Shown here one piece after another: positions 38,526 to 51,420 of a stretch of DNA of 64,000 nt. The number at the start of each line of letters is the position of its first letter. Within the stretch, counting starts at the first letter, position 1. Origin of the DNA: Eledone cirrhosa (taxonomy: Eukaryota); NCBI GenBank assembly GCA_964016885.1, contig OZ024744.1, positions 33,480,001 through 33,544,000 on the forward strand, in the 5' to 3' direction. The notes beneath the pieces were generated by a model. The model had not been told where the DNA came from, did not search any database, and saw nothing but the letters and a program-made list of their open reading frames with translations. The position numbers and the translations under genes were made by a program.

Positions 38526-38767
38526 CGAAGAAAAAAAAAAAATATATATATATATATATATACGTAGAAATCCTGCCAGACAGTCCTATAGGAGCGAGAA
38601 AACCAGTCTTGCTTCAAGTGGGACAACTCCCGTTTAAACCCATGCTAGCGTGGAAGATAGCGTGGATATATATATATATATGATATACATTTATATATAT
38701 ATATACCCTAAGTATTGAGTACTTTGGTGCGTTATGGTCCACCTGGTTCCTTACCACGTTTCCTTCG

Positions 38768-38798
<31 letters not shown>

Positions 38799-38803
<5 letters not shown>

Positions 38804-39576
38804 GGAAAAAAAGAAACGAAATTTCATTTCTCACTCTTAGTACGGCTGTTACTTAAATATAAGTATGTATACGTACATACATATATGTATACAGACGTAC
38901 AGTAGTATGTATATATATCTATACATACATGCACACATATATGTATGTACGTATGGATTTACCGAACATTTATTATAATGCTCGGTTTGTTTGTAAACAA
39001 ACATCCCGAATAAAGCCGTACAGTGTTTAGCAACCATCGTTGCCCTTTTGTTCAACACTGACAAAGGAACGCTGTACTAGTTTCAAGCTTATTAGCTATC
39101 GTCAGCACCGTATACCTTCCTGCCAGATGATTGAACGTCTGAAAGTATATACTTTCCTTATGCATATTAACGACTGAGCAGCCTAATTTGCATATCGAGT
39201 GAGTTAATCGGCCGGGCGCCGAAAACGATAAACGGAAAAAAAAACGAAATTTCATTTCTCACTCTTAGTACGGCTGTTACTTAAATATAAGTATGTATAC
39301 GTACATACATATATGTATACAGACTACATTAGTATGTATATATATACATACATGCACACATATATATATGTACGTATGGATTTACCGAACATTTATTATA
39401 ATGCTCGGTTTGTTTCGGATTTACCGAGCATTATAATAAATGTTCGGTAAATCCATACGTACATATATATATATGTGTGCAAGTACGTATATATATATAT
39501 ATGTGTGCATGTATGTATATATATACATACTACTGTACGTCTGTATTCATATATGTATGTACGTATACATACTTAT

Positions 39577-39578
<2 letters not shown>
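38799..39578 (-). mobile_element. Non-coding element P4: partial tandem of about 428-bp period plus an inverted terminal copy
   Basis: Direct repeats at 38799-38992 and 39229-39415. Inverted copy at 39424-39578. Confidence 0.8.
39069..39111 (-). ncRNA. Minimal type I hammerhead ribozyme motif
   Basis: Minus strand acggtg-CTGACGA-tagctaataagctt-GAAA-ctag-TA-cagcgt. Stem II agct/agct, palindromic ACTAGT. Confidence 0.78.
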
Positions 39579-39670
<92 letters not shown>

Positions 39671-39676
39671 GTATGT

Positions 39677-40083
39677 ATGACCCCTTAGCTTTTGTCAAGG
39701 CAGAATTCTAGGAGAAGGAAAACTCTGATATAACACCTGCAACCCTGATGGTATCCAATGATGTTGACTTGTTCTTCTTTTTGGTAAATATCATCTTGGT
39801 TAAGAGAGTGGGACTGGCTTTGTGCAGTGCCTTTGCTCACTATAAAAGCTTCACGGCACAGGCATTGCTTTATATCTGGAGATCTCTCTACACTTGTCGT
39901 CATATGGTACCATGGGCCCAGCACTATGTGTCAATAATTGTCACAAGTGTAGTGTTTGTACCAGAGTTTTCAAGTGGCTGGCTGGACTAAAAAGTCACAC
40001 TCGTTCAGCGCATCGGTAGGGGTTCTCCTACATGGATATAAAGTAGTGGCCATACTCGAAAACGAGTTGGCAGCCACCATGTA
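39677..40083 (+). mobile_element. RTE-derived short internally deleted element (SIDE-1), 5'-truncated
   Basis: Matches 41382-41787 and follows (TATG)n. Confidence 0.85.
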
Positions 40084-40237
40084 GGTACAGGTTCACAATA
40101 TTTTATCCGAAATTCTGAAAACCAAACATTTTTTCCAGGATGTCGTCTGTACACTAGAGTTCGCATGTGATACGCCAAATCAGTACAGTATATGGAAGGT
40201 ATATATTAGTTTAACTCTTGATATAGCAGGAAGAGGC

Positions 40238-40273
40238 TCTTAACGTTTCGGACGCTAGTCTTTCCTCAGAAGA
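40238..40273 (-). ncRNA. Minimal type I hammerhead ribozyme motif
   Basis: Minus strand tctt-CTGAGGA-aagactagcgtcc-GAAA-cg-TT-aaga. Palindromic AACGTT. Confidence 0.65.
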
Positions 40274-40646
40274 AAAATGAGAAATTAGAAAGATTGAGGG
40301 CACGGGCGTGGCGTAATAGGAAAACATAATTTTAGAAAAAAAAAGAACAGGTTCATTCATGTTGCCATCTATTGAAAAATATATGTATATTAAGAAAGAT
40401 CGAAGTTTAAAGTCAACTTATTTTATTTGTAATGTGTTTTGCACATCATCAAATCAGAGATTTAATTAGTTTTAATTCAGTTCGACTCTAGAATCGGAAT
40501 AAGACCTCTCAGGTACCGCCAGTATTAATTAGAATTGCTCATCAACTGTGTACACACACGCTCACATACTTACATATATACATAGACATATATATACACA
40601 TTCACACATACATACAATATTTGAAATGAAAACGCAGGTGGATTGC

Positions 40647-40823
40647 AGTATCGGTAGAGAGTCGGACACCATGCTTTGAAGCATAGAGTTACGTCCCTTT
40701 ATGATCTGAGTTCAAATCCCGCCGAGGTTAACGTTGCCTTTCATCCTTACGGGGTCGATAAAATAAAGTACCAGTAATGTACTGAGTAATTGATGGCCCT
40801 GTGCCCAAAGTGGAAACAATTAT
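40647..40823 (+). mobile_element. SINE S1
   Basis: agtatcggtagagagtcggacacc..ggaaacaattatt. Confidence 0.88.
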
Positions 40824-40936
40824 TTAAATGTCAGACTTTAATTTATATATGCAATGTTTTCTATCTATACACATACATACACGCATATATGCGTGTGTGT
40901 GTGTTTATGTACATTTGTGTGTATTTGAATATATAT

Positions 40937-40993
<57 letters not shown>

Positions 40994-41174
40994 AAATTTA
41001 ATATAGAAATGGCTTCTACACGACTATAGCTGTTTCATTCGAAGGAAATCATGTATTGTGTACCTTACTGTTGGTAACTCCGATTGTAACCGGGACTCAT
41101 ATATATTAATATATATATATATTTATATATGTGTTTGTGTGTGTATGTATGTATATATGTATATACGTATATAT

Positions 41175-41790
41175 ATGTCAGGTCACCAGTTGGTGCTACT
41201 GGTAACATGTATCCCAGTACAACCTGTCTCATGGTCGGGTCGTTGGCGACTAAACTGGCAACCCCACCAAGGTTTCTTGGTGAGGAGGGTGACTTTGGAC
41301 ATCCTGCAGGACTAAAAACAAACTGTCAAAGGGCAAAGGAGCCCTTAAGAGTCAATGGCCTTCCAAAATCACCGGGAGAGATGACCCCTTAGCCTTTGTC
41401 AAGGCAGAATTCTAGGAGAAGGAAAACTCTGATATAACACCTGCAACCCTGATGGTATCCAATGATGTTGACTTGTTCTTCTTTTTGGTAAATATCATCT
41501 TGGTTAAGAGAGTGGGGCTGGCTTTGTGCAGTGCCTTTGCTCACTATAAAAGCTTCACGGCACAGGCATTGTTTTATATCTGGAGATCTCTCGGCACTTG
41601 TCGTCACGTGGTACCAAGGGCCCAGCACTATGTGTCAATAATGGTCACAAGTGTAGTCTTTGTACCAGAGTTTTCAAGTCGCTGGCTGGACTAAAAAGTC
41701 ACACTCGTTCAGCGCATCAGTAGGGGTTCTCCTACATGGATATAAAGTAGTGGCCGTACTCGAAAACGAGTTGGCAGCCACCATGTATTT
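41175..41790 (+). mobile_element. SIDE-1, apparently full length
   Basis: RTE-like 5' UTR joined to a terminal C2H2 finger of the form [24 protein letters not shown] and a short 3' UTR ending catgta. Five copies in the window. Confidence 0.85.
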
Positions 41791-41814
41791 ACGTATGTAC
41801 AGGGGTTGGTCAAA

Positions 41815-41880
<66 letters not shown>

Positions 41881-42357
41881 TATATATGAATATATATATG
41901 AATATACATACATATATATATACTTGTAAGTACATATTACTTGAAATTGTCTTCCCACACCCAATCTCCTTTTCCTCGCACACTCCCCACACCCCCTCTC
42001 CCCCCCACCTCCACACTCCCCCACCCCCCACTTTCGCGCCTTGTGTTTCATATACCTCCCCTCCACCACCACCACCTCCTCCTAGTCTTTCTACTTTTAC
42101 TTCTACTATTTCCTTCTTCTCTCCTTCCTCTTTCTCCTATCTCATTTTCAGGCTGCTGCCGCTTCCATCGCCTTCACCGTCACCACTGTCACCATCGCCA
42201 CCTTATTCACCAACAAAGTAAGCGTGCTTCACTCGGCAACTATGTATGTTTTACACGCGCACACACACACATACACACACACGCACACACATACACACAC
42301 ACACACACAAACACACACACTCACCCTCTCTCTCTCTCAAACATGCATATTTATGTG

Positions 42358-42427
<70 letters not shown>

Positions 42428-42449
42428 TATATACATATATATATATATG

Positions 42450-42485
<36 letters not shown>

Positions 42486-42497
42486 AATATATATACA

Positions 42498-42563
<66 letters not shown>

Positions 42564-42567
<4 letters not shown>

Positions 42568-42733
42568 ACAAATTTAATATAGAAATGTATTCTACAATAT
42601 TATGCTGTTACATTCGAATGAAACAGTTCTAGTCCTGTAGAAGCCATTTTAATATTAAATGTGTTGTATACACTCTACTAATGTATTGAGTACCTTACAT
42701 ACTGTGTGTGTGTGTCCCCGATTGAACCGGCGA
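42564..42733. mobile_element. Fold-back element P2 (opposite orientation to 21029)
   Basis: Homology to 21029-21223. A deleted copy lies at 40993-41100. Confidence 0.7.
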
Positions 42734-42852
42734 CACACACACACATATATACATACATACATATATATATGTGTGTGTGTGTGCGTGTGCGTGTATATAC
42801 ATAGATATACATCCTGTACATTCACACAAATATGTATGTGTGTATATCTTCG

Positions 42853-42894
<42 letters not shown>

Positions 42895-42936
42895 AGTGTG
42901 TGTGTGTACGTCTCTGTGTGTGTATGTGTGCATATA

Positions 42937-43009
<73 letters not shown>

Positions 43010-43077
43010 TCACACAGCGTAGAAAATGAAACGCCAACCGTTGTTTTGCTCTAGTATTTTCACCATCCCCTTCCTTC

Positions 43078-43162
<85 letters not shown>

Positions 43163-43347
43163 ACACACATTGTGTGACGGACGGAAGTCGCAAAAAATTT
43201 ATATATAGATATTTGTATGATTATGTGAATTTATATAGCTGTGTCTATGTGTTGGTGTTTGTGTGTGTGCTAGTGTCATTTACATCGTAGTGTATGTATG
43301 TGTGTGCGTGTGTGTGTGCTTGTTTGTTGTGGCGTCTCTTTTAATCG

Positions 43348-43385
<38 letters not shown>

Positions 43386-43418
43386 TATTTATATATGTGT
43401 GCGTATATATATATATAT

Positions 43419-43471
<53 letters not shown>

Positions 43472-43472
43472 T

Positions 43473-43562
<90 letters not shown>

Positions 43563-43631
43563 TATATAAATACACACCACATATATATATATATAAATAT
43601 ATATATATTTACATATATCTCTCTCTCTCTC

Positions 43632-43701
<70 letters not shown>

Positions 43702-43894
43702 CATATAAATTTATATATATTATGTATATATATATATTTGTGTCTACGTGTCTATGTATGTGTCTATATATATAATATATATATGTCTATGTATAGGTAT
43801 GTGTCTATGTATAGGTATGTGTCTGTGTGTCTCTGTTTGTATTTGTCCTAGTGTGTGTGTATGTGTGTATGTGTATGTGTTCGTGTGTGTGGTA

Positions 43895-43925
<31 letters not shown>

Positions 43926-44367
43926 CCTGCTTGTTGCGGCGTGTGTGTGCCTGTTCTTTTTGTTGTTGTTTTAACTCGTCAATATGTATGTGTGCCTGCC
44001 TGTTGTATATGTGCGTGTGTGTCGTTGTGTGTGTATATATGTGTGTGTATGTGTGCGTGTGCCTGCTTGTTGCGGCGAGTTTTTTTTTGTTTGTTTGTTT
44101 GTTAGTTTGTAAGTTTGTTTGCTTTTTGTTGTTGTTTAAATCGTCAATATGTATATGTAGGTGCCTGCTTGTTGTATATGTGTGTGTGCGTGTGTGTGGG
44201 CTCAAGTGTGTTTGCGTGTGCGTGAGAACGTGTGTGTGAAAATATGCGCACTTTCTTTCCCACGGTCGACTTTCGAAAGCAAGTAGGATGTGTCTGTGTA
44301 CGCCTGGGTCGTGTGGTCGGTCGGTGGTAGGAATGGCTGCTACGTAGGATGGTAGGTAGGTAGAGGT

Positions 44368-44692
44368 GAAGGCTCGTGGCTTTATGGTTAGGCTATTCGG
44401 CTCACAACCGTAAGGTCGTCAGTTCGATTCCCGGTGAAGCCTTATGTCTTTGAGCAACACACTTTATTTCACGTTGCTCCAGTCAACTCAGTTGGCAAAA
44501 ATTAGTTGCACCTGTAATTCGAAGGCCAGCCTTATCACATTCTGTGTTAGGTTGTTGAATCTCCCTGAGAATTATGTTAAGGATACACGTGTCTGTGGAA
44601 TGCTCAGCCACTTGAACGTTAATTTTACGAGCAGGCTGTTCTGTTGGTTGGATTAATTGGAACACTCGTCGTCGCAACCGACGGAGACTTCC
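44368..44692 (+). mobile_element. Monomeric CORE-SINE, same subfamily as the satellite host
   Basis: A box-like tggctttatgg, B box gttcgattccc, a single CORE unit, and tail ggaacactcgtcgtcgcaaccgacggagacttcc. Confidence 0.88.
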
Positions 44693-44749
44693 GGCTGGAT
44701 GGCTGGCCTTTGGTGTATTGGCTGGCCGGATGGTGGGCTGGTGAGTTGG

Positions 44750-45412
44750 TTTACTAGCCGCATAGTCGCCTGGCTGGCTGGCTGGTGTGCTGGTATGCTA
44801 GCCGCCTAGTCGCCTGGTCGCCATGCTGGTGTGTCGGTGTACGAGCCGCCTGGTCGCCTGGCTGGCTGGCTGGCTGGGTGTTGGTATGCTAGCCGCCTAG
44901 TTGCCTGGCTAGCTGGCTGGTGTGTCGGTGTACTAACCGCCTTGTCGCCTGGCTGGCTGGTGTGTTGGTATGCTAGCCGCTAGTCGCCTGGTCGCCTGGC
45001 TGGTCTGTTGGCATGCTGGCCGCCTAGTCGCCTGACTGGCTGGCTGGTGATGTTGGTATGCTAGCCACCTAGTCGCCTGGTCGCCTGGTCGCCTGGCTGG
45101 CTGGTGTGTTGGTATGCTAGCCGCCTAGTCGCCTGGTCGCCTGTCTGGCTGGCTGGCTGGTGTGTTGGTAGGCTAGTCACCTAGTCGCCTGGTCGCCTGG
45201 CTGGCTGGTGTGTTGGTATGCTTGCCGCCTAGTCGCCTGGTCGCCTGGCTGGCTGGTGTGTTGGTATGCTAGTCGCCTGGTCGCCTGGCTGGCTGGTGTG
45301 TTGGTATGCTAGCCACCTAGTCGCCTAGCTGGCTGGTGTGTTGGTATGCTAGCCGCCTAGTCGCCTGGCTGGCTGGTGTATGGTATGCTAGCCACCTAGT
45401 CGCCTGGCTGGT
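44750..45412. repeat. GC-rich minisatellite (about 40-50 bp, ggctggctggtgtgttggtatgctagccgcctagtcgcct)
   Basis: Direct inspection. Confidence 0.9.
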
Positions 45413-45440
45413 GAGCTTGTGTTTTCGTTTACTGGGCTAA

Positions 45441-45631
45441 CAGACCTATCAACTCTCCCCATCCGACGGCGAGATTTCCTACACAGTTTCAGGTGGGTGA
45501 GAGATGTCTTCTGTGAAAATGGGTACAGCTTTCATTATGTAAAACCTCCCCATTTTGCTTCGTTTCACCCCGATTTGGGGCACTTTTTTTGGTGGTATTC
45601 CTCGTTTGGGTTTTTAGAAGTTGGCAGGTCT
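45441..45631. mobile_element. MITE, same family as 10964-11108
   Basis: TIRs cagacctatcaact and agttggcaggtcta. Confidence 0.75.
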
Positions 45632-45837
45632 ACATTCCTGAACTGTATGAACTTGTGTCTATGCTAGAAAACCAGATTGAAGACAAAATAGCATGCGTCA
45701 TTTAGTTACGTCCCTTTATATTGTGAATACAATTTTGCTTTCATATTTCCAGGTTCCTTCTCATAACAAACGCAGGCCATTAGTTCAACTAGGTTGCCAC
45801 CTAGGACATAGACCATAAACCTCAAAGAGGTGCAGTA

Positions 45838-46940
45838 CTGGCTGGCTGGCTGGTTGAAGGCTGGTGGGCTGGATGATTGGTGGCCTGGTTGGCTGGTGGC
45901 CTGGATGGCTGGTGGGTTGGATGGCTGGTGGGCTGGATGGGTGGTGGGCTGGATGGGTGGTGGGCTGGATGGGTGGTGGGCTGGATGGATGGCCGGCTAG
46001 TGGGCTGGATGACTGGTTGGTGCCTAGTGGGCTGGATGGCTAGTGGACTGGATGGCTGGCTATTGGTTGGTTGGCTGGTGTATTGGATGGGTGGAGGGCT
46101 AGTGGGCTGGCAGGCTAGTGGGCTGGATGGTGGGCTGGTTTGCTAGTGGGCTGGATTGGTGGTGGGCTGGTTGGATGGTGACTGGTTGGCTGGTGTTCTA
46201 GATGGATGGTGGGCTGGCAGACTAGTAGGCTAGTGGGCTAGTGGGCTAGTGGGCTAGGGGGTGGCTGGTGGGCTAATCGGCTGGTGGGCTGGTGTGCTGG
46301 TAGGCTAGTGGGCTAGTGTGCTACGGGGCTGGCTGGTAGGCAGGATGGTGGGATGGCTGGTTGGACGGTGGGCTGGTATGTGGGAGTGATGGGCTGAATG
46401 GCTGACTGGCTGGTAGCCAGGATGGTGGGATGGGCGGAGGAGTTTGGATGGTTGGCTGGCAGGTTGGCGGGCGATGATGGGCTTGCTGGCTGGCTGACAG
46501 GGTGGTGGGATGGGGGAGATCGTTGGATGACTGGTTGGTTGGTTGGTTGGCTGGCTGGCTGGTGTGCGGCTGGTGTGCGGCTGGTTGGCTGGCTGGGTTG
46601 ATGTGGTGGGGCTGGTGGGCTGGCTGGCTGGATGGTTGATCGGCTGGCTGGTTGGTCGGCTTGGTGGTTGGTTGGCTGGTTGTGGGTTATGGGGCTAGGG
46701 GGCTGGCTCGCTGGTTGGTGAGCTGGCTGGTTTGTGGAATGGTGGGGCTGGTGGGCTGGCTGGCTGGCTGGCTGGAGGATGGTTGGTGGGCTGCTGGTCG
46801 GTTGGTTAGTTGGCTGACTTGTTGGTGGGATGGTGGGGTTGGTGGGCAGGCTGGCTGGTTGGTTGGTGGGCTGGCAGGCTGGTTGTTGGTTGGTTGGTAG
46901 GTGGGATGGTTGGGCTGGTGGGCTGGTGGTTGGTTGGCTG
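45838..46940. repeat. G-rich (GGCT/GGT) low-complexity tract
   Basis: Direct inspection. Confidence 0.9.
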
Positions 46941-47079
46941 ACGATTATATATGTTGGGCTGGTTTTTTTCCTTTACTGCAGGCTGGCTGGCTTTTTCCTT
47001 CTCTCTGTCACACAAAGACATTCCATCACACACACATTTCCATATACCTTATTACCAGCACCAACACACCCACCATTAG

Positions 47080-48736
47080 CCACCACTACCACTTTCACCA
47101 CCACTACCACCCCCACTACCACCGCCACTACCACCACCACTACTATTACCACTACCATTACCACCATCATCACTACCACAATCACCACCACAACCACGAC
47201 CACCACCACCACCACCACTACAACACAACCACCACCATCACCACCTCAACTACCACCACCACTACCAACACAACCACCACCACCTCTATCAACACAACCA
47301 CCACCACCACCTATACCAACACAACCACCACCACCACCACCACAACCAACAAAACCACCACCACCACTACCAACACCACTACCAACACAACCAACACAAC
47401 CACCACCACCACAACCAACAAAACCACCACCACCACTACCAACACAACCACCGCTACCACTACCAACACAACCTCCACAACTACCGACTCAACCACCACT
47501 ACCACTTCCAACACAACCACCACCACCACGACAACTACCAACACAACCATTACCTACACTACCACCACCATCACTAGCAACCACCACCACTACCAACAGA
47601 GCCACCACTACCACTACCAACACAGACCATCACCACCACCAACACAACCACCACCACCACTACCACCACCACCACTACCAACACAACCATCACTACCATA
47701 CAACCACCACCACAACCAAAACCACCACTACCAACACAACCACCACCACTACCACCATTACTATCACCACCACTACCAACACAACCGCCACCACCACTAT
47801 CAACACAACCACCACCACTACCAACACAACCACTACCACCACTACCAACACAACCACTACCACCACTACCAACACAACCACCACCACCACTACCAACACA
47901 ACCACCACCACTACCACCATTACTATCACCACCACTACCAACACAACCACCACCACCACTACCAACACAACCTCCACCACTACCAACACAACCACCACCA
48001 TCTCTACCAACACAACCACCACCACTACCACCATTACTATCACCACCACTACCAACACAACCACCACCACCTCTATCAACACAACCACCACCACTTCTAC
48101 CAACACAACCACCACCACTACCTCTACTAACACAACCACCACCAACACAACCACCACCACCACTACCAACACAACCACCACCACCACCACTACCAACACA
48201 ACCACCACCACTACCAACACAACCACCACTACCACTACCAACACAACCACCACCACTACCACCATTACTATCACCACCACTACCAACACAACCACCACCA
48301 CCACTACCAACACAACCACCACCACTACCAACACAACACCACCACCACCACTACCAACACAACCACCACCACTACCACCATTACTATCACCACCACTACC
48401 AACCACAACCACCACCACTACCAACACAACCACCACCACTACCACCATTACTATCACCACCACTACCAACACAACCACCACCACTACCAACACAACCACC
48501 ACCACCACTACCAACACAACCACCACCACTACCACCATTACTATCACCACCACTACCAACACAACCACCACCACTACCAACACAACCACCACCACCACTA
48601 CCACACAACCACCACCACTACCAACACAACCACCACCACCACTACCAACACAACCACCACCACTACCACCATTACTATCACCACCACTACCAACACAACC
48701 ACCACCTCTACCAACACAACCACCACCACCACTACC
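47080..48736. repeat. C-rich (ACC)-based compound minisatellite ending at the gap
   Basis: Units such as accaccactaccaacaca and accattactatcacc. Confidence 0.9.
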
Positions 48737-48936
48737 NNNNNNNNNNNNNNNNNNNNNNNNNNNNNNNNNNNNNNNNNNNNNNNNNNNNNNNNNNNNNNNN
48801 NNNNNNNNNNNNNNNNNNNNNNNNNNNNNNNNNNNNNNNNNNNNNNNNNNNNNNNNNNNNNNNNNNNNNNNNNNNNNNNNNNNNNNNNNNNNNNNNNNNN
48901 NNNNNNNNNNNNNNNNNNNNNNNNNNNNNNNNNNNN
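48737..48936. other. Assembly gap (200 N)
   Basis: Run of N. Confidence 1.
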
Positions 48937-49060
48937 ATGTGGCACATATTGCTACACACATACTCTTCCCTATGTATATATATATACAAGTGTGTATAAA
49001 TGGATATATATATATACAAGTGTGTATATATATATGTATATATATAATATAGGTGTGTGT

Positions 49061-49133
<73 letters not shown>

Positions 49134-49385
49134 GTGCATGCGTCATTCTATGATGCGATTGTATGTGTGTGTCTCTAAATAAATATATGTATATATATAT
49201 GTGTGTGTGTGTTTGTTAGTGTATATATATATAAGATAATATATATATATATTATATATAAATATATATATATATACACACTAACAAACACATATATATA
49301 TACATATATATGCACACAAACACACATGCGTGTATATGTATATATATATATATACATACATATATATATATACGTATATATATAA

Positions 49386-49446
<61 letters not shown>

Positions 49447-49503
49447 AGTTAATATAAATTAATATATGATAAACACATAAGTGTTTGTATTGTAAATGAC
49501 CAA

Positions 49504-49714
<211 letters not shown>

Positions 49715-49756
49715 CATATATATACATATATATATATATATATTTATATATATACG

Positions 49757-49841
<85 letters not shown>

Positions 49842-49848
49842 ATATATA

Positions 49849-49986
<138 letters not shown>

Positions 49987-50424
49987 AATATATATATACA
50001 CACACATACAATACAGTGTGTATTTGTTTTCTTCCTATGTCCGTCTGTCTGTGCGTCTGTCTGTGTCGAAGAATCAAAGAAACATATGGAATACATCACC
50101 GCACGTGCCGTTCGACTCCGGTTCCAATGGCGTCCCGAACAATAACAACGGCCACTTTATTCCTAAGTGTCTATTCTGATCCCTTCGAGTAAATAACATA
50201 TTTTAAAGAACTCGCTAAGGGATGGCTGTGGAAGGTTCTTTTCTTTCTCCTTTCTGTCTCTCCAGACCTGTCAACTCTCCCCGTCCGACGGGGAGATCTC
50301 CCACCCAGTATGGGGTGGGTGAGAGATGTCTTTTCTTGTGAAAATGGGTATAGCTTTCATTAGGGAAAAAATCTTCCCCATTTTGCCTCATTTCTCTCCC
50401 TTTTTGGGTAACCTCTTTTTATGG

Positions 50425-50495
<71 letters not shown>

Positions 50496-50772
50496 ATCTA
50501 TCTCTCTCCCTCTCTCTCTCTCTCTCTTCCCCCACGTGTCCCTCCCCACTCTCTCTGTATGAGGTTGATCTTGAGCAACCCTTTCTCTGATATATTTATT
50601 TGTATTGGGAAAAGGAAGATAAGAAAGAATGCAGCAAAGGAATGGTGTATTACGCACACGCACATACACACATTCACACACACAAACATACATACACACA
50701 TTCACACACACACACATACACACATTCACACACACATACGTACATACACACATATATATATATATATATACG

Positions 50773-50803
<31 letters not shown>

Positions 50804-50996
50804 GTGTGTGTGTGTATATATATGTGTGTGTATATATATGTGTGTGTATATGTGGGTATGTGTGTATATATACATATATCAGATAGGGTGTGGTAAAAAA
50901 CAGTTGGACAATAACGCACCAGAGTACTCGATACTTGGGGTAGTAGAGTGGGTACTAGGAAAAGATTCAGGTCCCAAACTAACAAAACAAATCACC

Positions 50997-51027
<31 letters not shown>

Positions 51028-51352
51028 ACCTCCCACCCCGGATGTAACGCATGCGCAACACACAACACACAAAAACAAGATGGTGTAGGACAGAACAAAG
51101 GAGGGACACACAAAATAAAAACCTAGTAACTACGGAGGTCACAGAATGTGTGACGAGAGAGCTTGGACAATATATAAACAAACTGCCGGTTATCGAACCA
51201 ACCGACCAACCAACTGGAAACTTCTAATACATTGCAGTGAAAACCAACATGTGCGAGTATTTTTATTAGCAACATGACCCTCCTAAAGTATAACAATATG
51301 TTTCAACACACGTTTTCAGATAAGAAATCTCGCAAAACAAATTCAAAAACGG

Positions 51353-51419
<67 letters not shown>

Positions 51420-51420
<1 letters not shown>

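Noticed and set aside
46830-49052. 740-aa mucin/extensin-like ORF
   Set aside because: It is a translation of ACC repeats that drifts between Thr, Pro and His frames and runs through an N gap.
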